From the NCBI GenBank assembly GCA_014361165.1, contig JACIWD010000090.1, positions 1-33,437 of the forward strand: 33,437 nt of DNA, written 5' to 3'. The notes beneath the pieces were generated by a model, which made no database searches, was not told where the DNA came from, and worked only from the letters and a program-made list of their open reading frames with translations. Shown here piece after piece: positions 8,529 to 17,730 of the stretch (the stretch's first letter is position 1; the number at the start of each line of letters is the position of its first letter). The stretch is from Candidatus Mnemosynella bozhongmuii (GTDB taxonomy: Archaea > Halobacteriota > Archaeoglobi > Mnemosynellales > Mnemosynellaceae). Made by a program: the position numbers and the translations under genes.

Positions 8529-9103
8529 GATTTCAACCACTTGTTTACCATGTCTCTCTTAACCATCTCATCATGCCCCGGAATGATGAGTTCAGAACTC
8601 TCAACAATCACTCTCATGCTCTCAAGTGCGAGCTCTCTTGAAACGTTAATTCTCGGAGGAACCCATTCTCTGAGATTATCAGCCGTCGGAATCGCATCTC
8701 CCGCGCAGCAGACCCTCTCATCCATCATCAGGGAAGCATGATTCCATGTGTGCCCTGGAGTTCTCAGAACTCTCAGATTCTCCGAGATTCTTTCAGGAGA
8801 GATCTCCGCTCTGGCTATATCTCTGTGCTCTCCTTCCGGAGCAAGAATTCTGGCATTTCTGAAGATCTCGTTGTTTCCAGTATGATCTCTGTGAGCATGT
8901 GTGTTGAAGACAACATCTATCTCATTCTCCGAAATTCCAACCTCTCTCATCTTCTCCCTCAGCTCATCTCTTTTATCCTCGCTTCCAGTATCAACGATCA
9001 CGAAGATTCCGTCATCGATGAAAGTGACTGTGGAGGAGGCATAGAGAATTCTCTCTCCATCCCTCAAAAGCTCACCTCTCAGCAGAATCTCAAACTCGCT
9101 CAT
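8525..9103 (-). CDS. Metallo-beta-lactamase-fold hydrolase (small, 192 aa; substrate unknown)
   Basis: HxHxDH motif (THAHRDHTGN), later TPGHT and GHD. GGAGGG lies 6 nt upstream of the ATG. Confidence 0.75.
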   Translation of the reverse strand: MSEFEILLRGELLRDGERILYASSTVTFIDDGIFVIVDTGSEDKRDELREKMREVGISENEIDVVFNTHAHRDHTGNNEIFRNARILAPEGEHRDIARAEISPERISENLRVLRTPGHTWNHASLMMDERVCCAGDAIPTADNLREWVPPRINVSRELALESMRVIVESSELIIPGHDEMVKRDMVNKWLKS

Positions 9104-9115
9104 GAGAAGCCCTCC

Positions 9116-9176
9116 AAAAAGTAAAAATAAGGTGAGAAATGGCGGGGCTCGAGGGGATGGATAGCACCATTTCTCA
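9116..9176 (-). terminator. 10-bp perfect hairpin followed on the minus strand by two T5 tracts, between the PLD-like gene and the MBL gene
   Basis: TGAGAAATGG (9133-9142) pairs with CCATTTCTCA (9167-9176), 24-nt loop. Plus-strand A5 runs at 9116-9120 and 9123-9127 are T5 on the minus strand. Function is inferred. Confidence 0.35.
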
Positions 9177-9206
9177 ATTTCTCTCTCTTCTTCATACCTC
9201 TTAAAA

Positions 9207-10802
9207 TTAACGCAAAATCAGAAAGTGTCTGATGAGAAGGATGAGGACGGCTATGAGAACTCCAGCAGAGATTTTCATTATGGCACTCATCTCCTCTTGA
9301 TGGCTCTCTGCTCCTCTCCAGTCCTCCTCAAAAACCTCTATGAAGAAATTCACGGGCTCTCCATAAAGAATCACGCCAATCTCTCTGTTCAGAAGAATTG
9401 ACTCATCGTTCATATTTGCGCTCGTGATGATGACGAAATCATCCGAGAGGATTGACTTGGTGTGGATATTTTCAGCGAGCCTAACTTCAAGATCAAGATT
9501 CTCTCTTTCAGAAATCTCCTCAAGATACTCTTTGGTTCTTCGATTCTCCTCATCATCATTAAGAAGAATCCTGACCTCAAGACCTTCAGAGGCCTTCCTG
9601 AGAATCTCTCTCATCAGAGTTCCATCTCTCTCAACATACTGCTGTTCCAGATAAATGAACTCATCTGCATCATCAATTTTCTTCAGAAAAACAGAAATTC
9701 CAGAATCGGGCAGGACAAAAAGTTCATAGGTTGCGAAGGATGAGAAAACATCTGCCCCTCCTTTGTAGCTGACATCAAATCTCACATCCACTTCTTCGCG
9801 AAACTCTCTTACATCATATCCATTCCAGTCATCCTCGAAGACCATTTGAAGAAATTCTGCTCCCTCTCCGCATATCACAACTCCCCATCCTCTGTTCCCC
9901 GCCTCTTTCGGAAATCCCACTTCATTCAGATTTTCTGTCGTTATGAGAGCCTTTCTTCCATCGATCACCACGTATTTTGCGTGCATGAATCTGTATCTAT
10001 CCCTGTGTTCTGCCGAGCTCATGATTCTCACTTCCGAGCACCCGGAAATCATCTTCAGCGATTCTGAGGCCTTAAAACCTCCTATCGGATCCCCTTCAAG
10101 AAGAATTCTCACCTCCACCCCTCTTTCCGAAAGTTCTCTGAGCTTTTCAGCTATCAGCGGATGGTCGAAAATGTAGGTTGCAATGAAGACTGAGCTCTCT
10201 GCTTCTTCAAGAAGCTTCAGAAGAACTTCAAGAGAATTCTCTGTTGTGAAGCAGAGAACATCCCCTTGGGCTTCAATCACCGAGAACTCCGATTGACCGA
10301 TGTAAAGAGGCCTTTCTCCTTCCCAGTCCTCTCTTCCATCTGTGTCGCCCTTCCATCTCTTTAAAATCTCTCCTTCTCGTGGAGCGTCAAGAGGTTCTCC
10401 TTTCCATCCTTCAATCTCTCTGCTCTCGCCATATCTCACGGCGTCAACAATCTTCGAGCCTCTGAGGAGAAGCAGCTCATCTCCGCTGTTGGAGAGTCTG
10501 GGAAGCGGAACTTCAATGGCTCTCTCCCTCATGTACTTCTCAAAAAGAGTTGCATTTCTCGTGAGATAAACAGAGTCTCCCGGATTGAGAATTATGTGCG
10601 GAAGTCTCAAGGTATCTTCGAGATCGCTGAGAGAATAATCCCCGAGATTCTCAGTTCTGTTAATACACAAAATCCTCACAAATTCATCCTCATCATATGG
10701 AGCATATGTGTTCGGAGCAATTTCAGAGATGAGAAGTTCAGCAGAAACAGGAGAGGTTGAGAGAAGAAGTATGAGGGTAAGGAGAAATCCAATGCTTCTC
10801 AT
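9207..10802 (-). CDS. Secreted, C-terminally membrane-anchored phospholipase D-superfamily enzyme with an N-terminal lamin-tail-like (LTD) domain
   Basis: Signal peptide [24 protein letters not shown]-like [22 protein letters not shown]...GDELLLL. Two HKD motifs ([20 protein letters not shown] and [19 protein letters not shown]). C-terminal [22 protein letters not shown]. Confidence 0.75.
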   Translation of the reverse strand: MRSIGFLLTLILLLSTSPVSAELLISEIAPNTYAPYDEDEFVRILCINRTENLGDYSLSDLEDTLRLPHIILNPGDSVYLTRNATLFEKYMRERAIEVPLPRLSNSGDELLLLRGSKIVDAVRYGESREIEGWKGEPLDAPREGEILKRWKGDTDGREDWEGERPLYIGQSEFSVIEAQGDVLCFTTENSLEVLLKLLEEAESSVFIATYIFDHPLIAEKLRELSERGVEVRILLEGDPIGGFKASESLKMISGCSEVRIMSSAEHRDRYRFMHAKYVVIDGRKALITTENLNEVGFPKEAGNRGWGVVICGEGAEFLQMVFEDDWNGYDVREFREEVDVRFDVSYKGGADVFSSFATYELFVLPDSGISVFLKKIDDADEFIYLEQQYVERDGTLMREILRKASEGLEVRILLNDDEENRRTKEYLEEISERENLDLEVRLAENIHTKSILSDDFVIITSANMNDESILLNREIGVILYGEPVNFFIEVFEEDWRGAESHQEEMSAIMKISAGVLIAVLILLIRHFLILR

Positions 10803-11737
10803 GAGCCGTTCAGCTCTTTTCTCAGCTCTCCCATTGTCGTAATCTTCTCCGCAAATGCGTTATGTCTGTGGATACTCTCCTCATTGATCTGCTTTATCGT
10901 GATGAGCGCATCATCAGATAGCTCCGGAAACTCTTCAGCAACTTTTCTTGCCATCTCTCTGACACAGTCCTCAACAAATTTCGGATTTCTGTGAGCTTCC
11001 ATGACAACTTTGGCTTCATCCTCTCTCTTTAAAAGCTCATAAATTCTGGAACTCATTGAATCTTCAATGATCTCTATTATCCTTTCAAGCGATGGAATTT
11101 TGTCATTCTCTCCAACTTCAATTGAGATGAAGCCCCTGCCCCTCTGGTTGTGAGTTGCAATTGGAACGCAGGAAAGGAACTCCTCGATGTCCTCTTCTTT
11201 CATCCCGAGCTCTCTGAGCTTCTTTATTGCAATCTCCTTCATCATGCCCTGAGCACATGGACATGCAGTCATTCCTATTACTTCTGCTCCTATGGATTTT
11301 CTCGTTCTGATTTTTCCATCAATCCTCTCCGAAACTGCTGATGCGAAGATTTCAACAACTTCCTGACACTTCATTTTCGTTACTGGAGTCAATCTTCTCA
11401 TCACATACTCGCTCTTCATCTGAACCTCTGCTCTGGAGGCATATTCATGTCTTCTGAGAAGTTCCTCCGAAATTCTGCTGCAGAGCTCCTCTATTTCAGC
11501 AACTTCTTCAAAGGTCCTTTCTTCCAGAATCTCATCTATGGCCTCAAAATTTCTCGAGAGATTAGCGCCCTTTCTATCTTTTGGAAGGTCAACAAAGATG
11601 TTGAAGGTTGAAATCAAAATCACAGGTCTTTTATCTCCTCTCGAGACCTTAACGAGCTTTTTAACTTCAGTCACTCCAACTCTCGTGAGATTTATCTGAA
11701 TCTCTGGCTTCGAAGATTGGACGTCCGGGAGAATCAT
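10799..11737 (-). CDS. mptA: GTP cyclohydrolase MptA (FolE2/MptA family, methanopterin/folate pathway)
   Basis: N-terminus [26 protein letters not shown] and ATHNQRG motifs typical of the FolE2/MptA family. 312 aa. Confidence 0.8.
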   Translation of the reverse strand: MILPDVQSSKPEIQINLTRVGVTEVKKLVKVSRGDKRPVILISTFNIFVDLPKDRKGANLSRNFEAIDEILEERTFEEVAEIEELCSRISEELLRRHEYASRAEVQMKSEYVMRRLTPVTKMKCQEVVEIFASAVSERIDGKIRTRKSIGAEVIGMTACPCAQGMMKEIAIKKLRELGMKEEDIEEFLSCVPIATHNQRGRGFISIEVGENDKIPSLERIIEIIEDSMSSRIYELLKREDEAKVVMEAHRNPKFVEDCVREMARKVAEEFPELSDDALITIKQINEESIHRHNAFAEKITTMGELRKELNGS

Positions 11738-11756
11738 GCTATATGCTCACCTCATC

Positions 11757-11795
11757 TGGATTTAACATTTTGGTTTTCATCAGCATCATTTAAAT
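11757..11795. promoter_or_regulatory. Compact divergent promoter region (mptA to the left, aroE to the right) with two TATA-like boxes
   Basis: TTTAAAT at 11789-11795, 24 nt before aroE ATG 11819. ATTTAACA at 11757-11764 (TGTTAAAT on the minus strand) is about 20 nt before mptA ATG 11737. Both would give near-leaderless mRNAs. Confidence 0.35.
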
Positions 11796-11818
11796 CTCTG
11801 CTCTCCAAATTCAATTCC

Positions 11819-12610
11819 ATGAAAATTCTGGGAATCATAGGGAAACCCGTGAAGCATTCTCTCTCACCCGTGATGTATAGTTCAGCTTTCGAGCATCTCG
11901 GAATGAATGCTCTCTACCTTCCATTCGAGGTCGAGGATGCGGAGATGGCAATAAAAGGAGCTCATGCCCTCGGTTTTCACGGTCTGAATGTAACGATGCC
12001 CCACAAGGAGGTTGCGGGCTCTCTTTCTGAGAAAATGGATGAAGTTGCGAGAATCTCCGGAGCGGTGAACACAATCAAGTTCTCTGATAAGATTCTCGGT
12101 TATAACACCGATGGGGATGGTGCTCTCAGGGCAATTGAGAGCAGCGGTACCAAAGTCAGAGGCTCAAGAGTCCTGATTCTCGGTGCGGGAGGATCTGCAA
12201 AAGCAATAGCAGTTCGTCTCTCTCTCGAAGGTGCTGAACTGATGATATGGAACAGAGGCAGGGAGAGAGCGCATCAGCTTGCCTCTCTAACAGGAGGGAA
12301 AGTTGTTGAAAATCTCAGAGAGGCGGTTAAAAAGGCTGAAATTCTCATAAACACAACTCCTGTTGGAATGAACAGTGATGAATCCCTTCTCTTCTCAGAA
12401 GATCTTCATGAATCTCTAACGGTTCTCGACATAGTTTACTCACCTCCTGAGACGAGATTGCTGAGAGAGGCAAAAAAAGCTGGAGCAAAGACAGTTGATG
12501 GAATATCGGTTCTTCTCCACCAAGGAGCCCTCAACTTCGAGATATGGTTCAGCAAGAAGGCTCCATTCGAGGTCATGGAAAAGGCGGTCAGGGAGGCAGT
12601 GAGAAAATGA
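11819..12610 (+). CDS. aroE: Shikimate 5-dehydrogenase
   Basis: MKILGIIGKPVKHSLSPVMYSSAF, NVTMPHK, NTDGDG, LGAGGSAKA motifs. The upstream part of the track ORF (11717-) overlaps mptA and shows no similarity to anything. Confidence 0.88.
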   Translation: MKILGIIGKPVKHSLSPVMYSSAFEHLGMNALYLPFEVEDAEMAIKGAHALGFHGLNVTMPHKEVAGSLSEKMDEVARISGAVNTIKFSDKILGYNTDGDGALRAIESSGTKVRGSRVLILGAGGSAKAIAVRLSLEGAELMIWNRGRERAHQLASLTGGKVVENLREAVKKAEILINTTPVGMNSDESLLFSEDLHESLTVLDIVYSPPETRLLREAKKAGAKTVDGISVLLHQGALNFEIWFSKKAPFEVMEKAVREAVRK

Positions 12611-13617
12611 AGATATGCGTAGTCGGCGGAGCAGGGAAAATGGGAAAGGTCTTCGCAAGAATATTCTCAGGGCACGGAGAAATTTACATTCTTGACATTT
12701 CGCCGGAGAGATTCAGGGTCGCCGAGGAAATCTCCGCTAAGGTCTGTTCGCTGGAAGATATCGGAGATATGGACATCGTGATAATTTCGGTTCCGATTGA
12801 TAAAACATCAGAAGTCATCAGAGAGGTTGCACCCAGGATGAAAGGCGGATCCCTTCTTTCGGATCTGACCTCTCTGAAGGAATTTCCTGTAAGAGAAATG
12901 CTGAAATTCAGCTCAGAGGACGTGAGTGTCATAGGAATGCACCCTCTTTTTGGTCCTCTCACTCCCGTGAGACATCAGACCGTCATTCTCACTCCTGGAA
13001 GAGATCCCCACGGATATATCACTCTTCTTGAGGAAATTCTTCAGGAAAGCGGTGCGAGGGTGGTGATCATGACTCCCGAGGAACACGACAGGCTCATGGC
13101 AGTTGTTCAGTGTCTCTCTCATTTCTCTCTCGTCTCCCTTGGACTCGCTCTCTCAAAAATTGGCTTCAGACCATCTCACGAGCTTCTTCCTCCTGTTTAT
13201 TCCATCCTATTTGATATGGTTGGAAGAATTCTTCATCAAAATCCAGAGATGTATGGGGAAATTCAGAAGAATCCTCACGCTAAGGAGGTGAGAAAAGCTC
13301 TCCTTGAGAGTGTGAGAGAGCTTAAAGAAGCCACAGAGAAGTCAGAGTTCTCTAAACTGATGAAAGAGGCATCATCTCATTTCGGAGACACCTCCAGCTC
13401 TTTCTTCAGGTTTGAAAAGCTCATAAGATGCAAAACAGCAGAGGTTGAGGAGCTCAAGTCTCTCATCGGTTCTGAAGTTGTTCTGAGAAATCTCAGAACC
13501 TCAGAGCTGGTTAAGGGAAGGCTCGTTGAATTTGAGGATTCTCTTCTGAAAATTGAATTAAATGGAGAGGTTCTGGAGCTCTCCCTTGATGAACACGAGC
13601 TCGTTAAAAGGAGTTAA
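12607..13617 (+). CDS. tyrA: Prephenate dehydrogenase with a ~65-aa C-terminal extension
   Basis: ATG 12607 overlaps the aroE stop (ATGA). MKICVVGGAGKMGKVFARIF Rossmann motif, GMHPLFGP, EEHDRLMAVVQCLSHF. Confidence 0.85.
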   Translation: MKICVVGGAGKMGKVFARIFSGHGEIYILDISPERFRVAEEISAKVCSLEDIGDMDIVIISVPIDKTSEVIREVAPRMKGGSLLSDLTSLKEFPVREMLKFSSEDVSVIGMHPLFGPLTPVRHQTVILTPGRDPHGYITLLEEILQESGARVVIMTPEEHDRLMAVVQCLSHFSLVSLGLALSKIGFRPSHELLPPVYSILFDMVGRILHQNPEMYGEIQKNPHAKEVRKALLESVRELKEATEKSEFSKLMKEASSHFGDTSSSFFRFEKLIRCKTAEVEELKSLIGSEVVLRNLRTSELVKGRLVEFEDSLLKIELNGEVLELSLDEHELVKRS

Positions 13618-13897
13618 CCTCTCCAAGCAACATTTTCTGCTGTTCCCAGTTCATTCTCGTTAAAATTTCGAAAATCTCCTTTATTCTCGATGGGTCAAGA
13701 TTCTTCTCGTTTGCCATCTTTATTGCTCTTCCTATAACCTTCCTCTTCTGTTCTTCATCCTCAACCTCTATTCTAACGCCCTCCCTCCTCTTCGCCTCGA
13801 CAATTTCTCTTGCCAGATGAGTCCTTTTTGCAATCAGCTCGACAATCTCCCTGTCAATCTCCTCTATCTCCTTTCTGATCTCTTCAAGACTCCTCAT
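13604..13897 (-). CDS. Chorismate mutase, AroQ class (monofunctional)
   Basis: LEEIRKEIEEIDREIVELIAKRTHLAREIVEAKR helical signature. 97 aa, directly downstream of shikimate kinase. Confidence 0.8.
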   Translation of the reverse strand: MRSLEEIRKEIEEIDREIVELIAKRTHLAREIVEAKRREGVRIEVEDEEQKRKVIGRAIKMANEKNLDPSRIKEIFEILTRMNWEQQKMLLGEVNSF

Positions 13898-14714
13898 ATT
13901 TCATCACACCTCGATTGTTCACATAGGATTTAATAACTCTTCCGTATTTCCCCCATCCCCTCACCTCACCCCAGGCAACATAAGAAGGTCCAGTTCCAGA
14001 GAGAGTAACTCCTCTGACACCCTCTCGCAGAGCTTGGATTATGGGTTCTGTGCTCAGTTTAAGAGCCGAGCAATATGGAAATCCATTTATTAGCATCGCC
14101 TCCTCAAATCTCTCCTTCATCGCCATATCGAATGCAATCTCTATCACTGGAGCGATTGAGCGGCATCTCTCAACATCAACCTTTCCGCTTTCAACCTTAC
14201 CTTCAGGTATGAGAATCTGAACTTCTCTCTCGATCTCTCTCCTTTTCAGCACCTCTCCTTTTTTATTATCGCTGATAACAACTCCTCCAACTAAAGATGT
14301 TATCGCATCGTCAAAAGCTCCGGTTATTGAAACTCCTGCTTTAAGAGATATCTCTGCATTCCATCTCGCAACCTCAACAGCGCTCATCTCAACCCCAAAT
14401 GCATTCATGCACGCTAAAATCGTCGCATTAACAGCAGCACTGCTGCTCTTCAATCCGCTCGCCTGAGGAATTTCTGAGGAGATTTTGACAAATGCTCCTC
14501 CGTTGTATCCAAACCTCTTAATCCACTCTCTTACGCAGAACTCTATGAGAAATGGGTTTCCACCACCCTCAACCTCGCCGGAGACGTCTTTCAAATCCTC
14601 GCCGAATTCAACAAAAACCTCTGTTTTAAGCGGGAGCGCAAATGATGCTCCCTTGAATGTTGCAATTGCATTGACTATGCTTCCGGCTCCGTAGGCAAAT
14701 CCTCTTCCCCTCAT
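13884..14714 (-). CDS. aroK: Archaeal-type shikimate kinase (GHMP kinase superfamily)
   Basis: GHMP motif PQASGLKSSSAAVNA. N-terminus GAGSIVNAIATFKGASFAL resembles the archaeal GHMP shikimate kinase family. Aromatic amino-acid gene context. Confidence 0.78.
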   Translation of the reverse strand: MRGRGFAYGAGSIVNAIATFKGASFALPLKTEVFVEFGEDLKDVSGEVEGGGNPFLIEFCVREWIKRFGYNGGAFVKISSEIPQASGLKSSSAAVNATILACMNAFGVEMSAVEVARWNAEISLKAGVSITGAFDDAITSLVGGVVISDNKKGEVLKRREIEREVQILIPEGKVESGKVDVERCRSIAPVIEIAFDMAMKERFEEAMLINGFPYCSALKLSTEPIIQALREGVRGVTLSGTGPSYVAWGEVRGWGKYGRVIKSYVNNRGVMKYEES

Positions 14715-15715
14715 TCCAATCTCTCGCAGACTATAAATTTCTCCCTTCTGAAAATATGGAATGTTCTCTCTCCATTTAACCCTTCCTCAAGCTTACTTCT
14801 GATATTCCAGTATTCTGAAGGAGGAACCTCAAATCTGATAACAGCTTTTTTCGCCCTCTCCCTCTCCAGAATATCTCTGACCTCTGAAAGAGTTCTGCAA
14901 ATTCCTCTCAGAAGATAGGAGTTCTTCAGAAACGGAGATCTTAAGTTGTCTCCACTCATCAGAATTCTCTTCCCGTCCTGGAAGCAGAGCCTGAGGTCGA
15001 ATCTCTCAGAGAGGACCCCAAGGAGTTCGGCTTTGACAACAGCCGGATCAGGTTCATGAAGATAATTCTCGATCTCTCCATATGAGAGTTCCCCCTCACC
15101 GTAAAGAATGTGTTCTCCCGGAAGAATCACGGCTGAAACGTCTCTTTTTTTAAGCTCCCCAAAGTAAAGGTTGAGTCTGTTTAGCTGGTGATTCAAAGAG
15201 ATATATTCCTTCTCGCACTCAAAGGAAATCCTCGAGGGAGGAATCTGGGGAGGAGCTTCAAAAGCTAAATTTCCGGTGAAGGGAGAATAAAATTCTATCA
15301 CCTCCTCTATTCCCGGTTCGCAGTTCGAGAGGCCTCTGACCTCTTCTTCAGGAGGTCTCGAGGGATCGCAGAAAATAATGTCACAGTCTCTGAAAAATCT
15401 CCTCACCTCTTTGCTCATGACATCTCCGAGAATGAATCTTATGTTTCTCACTCCGTAGATCCGGGCATTTCTTTTTGCACACTCAAGCTTTTCCGCATCC
15501 CTCTCAGCGGCGATGACCTCAGAGGAGAATCTTGCAAACTGAATTGTCTGCCCTCCTATCCCGCACCCGAGCTCTCCGATGACATCTGTTCTCAGCCTTC
15601 TCGCTCTGTATTCTCCAACTATTTCCGGAGTTGCAAACCTCAGACCATCTTCATCTGTGAAGATCTCTTTTGAGAACTTTCTGCTACCTCTCTTCAGAAT
15701 CATTCTCAGCTTCAA
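14711..15715 (-). CDS. Class I SAM-dependent methyltransferase (probable RNA methyltransferase; specific substrate not assignable)
   Basis: Motif I VIGELGCGIGGQT, acidic motif II AAERD, motif IV IIFCDPSRP. About 150-aa C-terminal domain of unknown function. Confidence 0.6.
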   Translation of the reverse strand: MKLRMILKRGSRKFSKEIFTDEDGLRFATPEIVGEYRARRLRTDVIGELGCGIGGQTIQFARFSSEVIAAERDAEKLECAKRNARIYGVRNIRFILGDVMSKEVRRFFRDCDIIFCDPSRPPEEEVRGLSNCEPGIEEVIEFYSPFTGNLAFEAPPQIPPSRISFECEKEYISLNHQLNRLNLYFGELKKRDVSAVILPGEHILYGEGELSYGEIENYLHEPDPAVVKAELLGVLSERFDLRLCFQDGKRILMSGDNLRSPFLKNSYLLRGICRTLSEVRDILERERAKKAVIRFEVPPSEYWNIRSKLEEGLNGERTFHIFRREKFIVCERLE

Positions 15716-16259
15716 AGATCACATATCCTGTTTTTAGTTTTGAGGCTTCCTCTTTTGTGAGAACTCTCGAAGTTGCTCTCTCAGATATTATCGCGCTGTT
15801 TCCAAAGGGGTCCTCTATGATCACCGTTATCTCCTTCTTACCCTCTCTTATCATCTCTATCTCATTTATAAGCTCCTCAGCTCTCCTGTTTCTGCTGACA
15901 TTGAGAACTCCTCTGAGAACGTTTTCAATTCTCTCAAGAATCCCTTCGACGTTGCTGATGAAGGATTCAGCAAGAGGACCTGGCTCAATGTCAACTCCGA
16001 GCTCTGGAATTCTTATTGTTCCTGAAGATGATCTCAGGACTCTTGCATTGAGATCCTCCACAGAGCTCACCCTCAGCTCGTATCTCATGGGCTCCTTTGT
16101 GCTCAACATCATGCAATCTGCGTGTTTGAAGCCGCATGAATGGCACTGAATGCTCGTCAGCATGACCTCTCCAAAATAGGGAATCTCCTCAATGTCCCAT
16201 ATATATGTGGCCTCAGCTCCGCAAAAAGGACATGCATATCTGGAGGAGGCCCTTTTCAA
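15684..16259 (-). CDS. ZPR1-type zinc-finger protein
   Basis: CPFCGAEATYIWDIEEIPYFGEVMLTSIQCHSCGF (CxxC...CxxC with the IPYF motif). Single ZPR1 module, 191 aa. Confidence 0.75.
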   Translation of the reverse strand: MKRASSRYACPFCGAEATYIWDIEEIPYFGEVMLTSIQCHSCGFKHADCMMLSTKEPMRYELRVSSVEDLNARVLRSSSGTIRIPELGVDIEPGPLAESFISNVEGILERIENVLRGVLNVSRNRRAEELINEIEMIREGKKEITVIIEDPFGNSAIISERATSRVLTKEEASKLKTGYVIFEAENDSEER

Positions 16260-16666
16260 TGCCTTCCCCCGACAATCTTCCTTCTGTCTATCTTCACTCC
16301 GGTCGGAGTTGTGATTATGAGCTCTTCGCTTATTCCCGCGATATCTCCGTGAATATCCTCCGCAACCTGTTTGAGCTCCCTTATGGCTCTTTCCATCATC
16401 CCTTTATCTCTCTTCAACAGCGAGAGATCCGTTATCACGATGTTTCCGTTGTAGATCTCTTTCTTTACTTCCTGAAGCTCGTTCAGATTTGCAATCTCTG
16501 CAACCTTCACATAGAGATTTGCAACCTCCACGTCGAGCATCTTCTCATATTCGCTGAGGTCAAGCTCCACGTATTCCTCTTCAGAGCCCCTTGGTTTAAC
16601 TCCTCCTCCAAATAACCTGTCTATAATCCCGCTCAATGATATCACCATCGAAGAATAATTTTTCAA
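16256..16666 (-). CDS. sepF: Cell-division protein SepF-like (DUF552)
   Basis: Core VKVAEIANLNELQEVKKEIYNGNIVITDLSLL...IAGISEELIITTPTGVKI matches the SepF fold pattern. TTG 16666 or ATG 16648 as start. Confidence 0.72.
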   Translation of the reverse strand: MKNYSSMVISLSGIIDRLFGGGVKPRGSEEEYVELDLSEYEKMLDVEVANLYVKVAEIANLNELQEVKKEIYNGNIVITDLSLLKRDKGMMERAIRELKQVAEDIHGDIAGISEELIITTPTGVKIDRRKIVGGRH

Positions 16667-16691
16667 AACTCCTTAATAATCTCTTCTTCTC

Positions 16692-17180
16692 TCAGACCCT
16701 CAGCCTCCAGATTCTGTCACCCACATGGTGAAGTGATTTGACCGCCTTACCCTTCTGCCCCATCATTCTGTCTCTCGAAATCAGAGCTCTGCCGATTGCG
16801 AGAGGTCTCTTGTGAATCTCATCAACCACTATGACTAAATCCCCTCTCTCAACATCCTCATCAACATCAACTATCCCAGGAGCCATTACATCTGCACCCT
16901 GAGAGACCGCCTTAACCGCACCGAAGTCCACAACAACCCTCTTTTTATTTACATTCATCTTCATCGCACCCTTCACCGTTGGGAATGGCTTTCCATCTAT
17001 CACCATGAACATCGGTTCTCCATCAACGAGAATCAGCTCTGTTTTATCTATCAGCTCCCCTCTCTCCACCTTCCGTCCTTCGATGATCTTCCTTGCACTC
17101 TCTCCAAATGTTCTCTCAAGTTCTTCGGCAATCGCTTTAATTTCTTTATCTTTGAGCTGATGTCTGTTTTTAATCCTCAT
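16692..17180 (-). CDS. PUA-domain RNA-binding protein (MCT-1/Tma20-like)
   Basis: N-terminal domain followed by PUA signature AVSQGADVMAPGIVDVDEDVERGDLVIVVDEIHKRPLAIGRAL. 162 aa. Confidence 0.7.
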   Translation of the reverse strand: MRIKNRHQLKDKEIKAIAEELERTFGESARKIIEGRKVERGELIDKTELILVDGEPMFMVIDGKPFPTVKGAMKMNVNKKRVVVDFGAVKAVSQGADVMAPGIVDVDEDVERGDLVIVVDEIHKRPLAIGRALISRDRMMGQKGKAVKSLHHVGDRIWRLRV

Positions 17181-17217
17181 TTCCCCTCATCATTTACTCT
17201 GCACTTTGGATTTTAAG

Positions 17218-17518
<301 letters not shown>

Positions 17519-17529
17519 GGTGATGTCTG

Positions 17530-17709
17530 ATGAGCAAAGGAACTCCTTCGATGGGTAAAAGGCAGAAGAAAACTCACATAAGATGCAGGAGATGCGGAAA
17601 GGTTTCCTATCATGTGAGCAAGCGCTACTGTGCTTCATGTGGTTTTGGAAGATCAAAGAGATTGAGGAAATACAGCTGGGTTAAGAAATCCGCAAAGTTC
17701 AACAACTGA
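17530..17709 (+). CDS. rpl37e: 50S ribosomal protein L37e (59 aa, below the ORF-track cutoff)
   Basis: Own translation: [59 protein letters not shown], stop TGA 17707-17709. C4 zinc ribbon. The Sm-L37e pairing is a known conserved archaeal neighbourhood. Confidence 0.9.
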   Translation: MSKGTPSMGKRQKKTHIRCRRCGKVSYHVSKRYCASCGFGRSKRLRKYSWVKKSAKFNN

Positions 17710-17730
17710 AAAACCTTCTGAAGGTGCTGT

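Noticed and set aside
8525-9103. The idea that the MBL-fold hydrolase downstream of mptA is the missing cyclic phosphodiesterase (MptB-like step) of the methanopterin pathway.
   Set aside because: It rests purely on context. As I recall, known MptB belongs to a different metal-dependent phosphohydrolase fold, not the MBL fold. The gene is separated from the mptA-PLD pair by a hairpin plus T-tracts. No substrate-specific motif is visible.
9141-9160. A G-rich loop (GGCGGGGCTCGAGGGGATGG) as a possible G-quadruplex.
   Set aside because: It has only two long G-runs plus two GG dinucleotides, which is weak. It is better explained as the loop of the 10-bp hairpin between the genes.
11717-11818. N-terminal extensions of track ORFs. 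These are aroE from 11717, tyrA from 12544, ABC permease from 23274, Sm from 17264, hdrB from 980, mvhA from 3236 and polB from 19177.
   Set aside because: The internal ATGs sit at or next to the upstream gene's stop (ATGA or 1-nt gaps) or behind an RBS or TATA. They give N-termini matching the family pattern. The extensions overlap neighbouring genes or promoters and have no family similarity.
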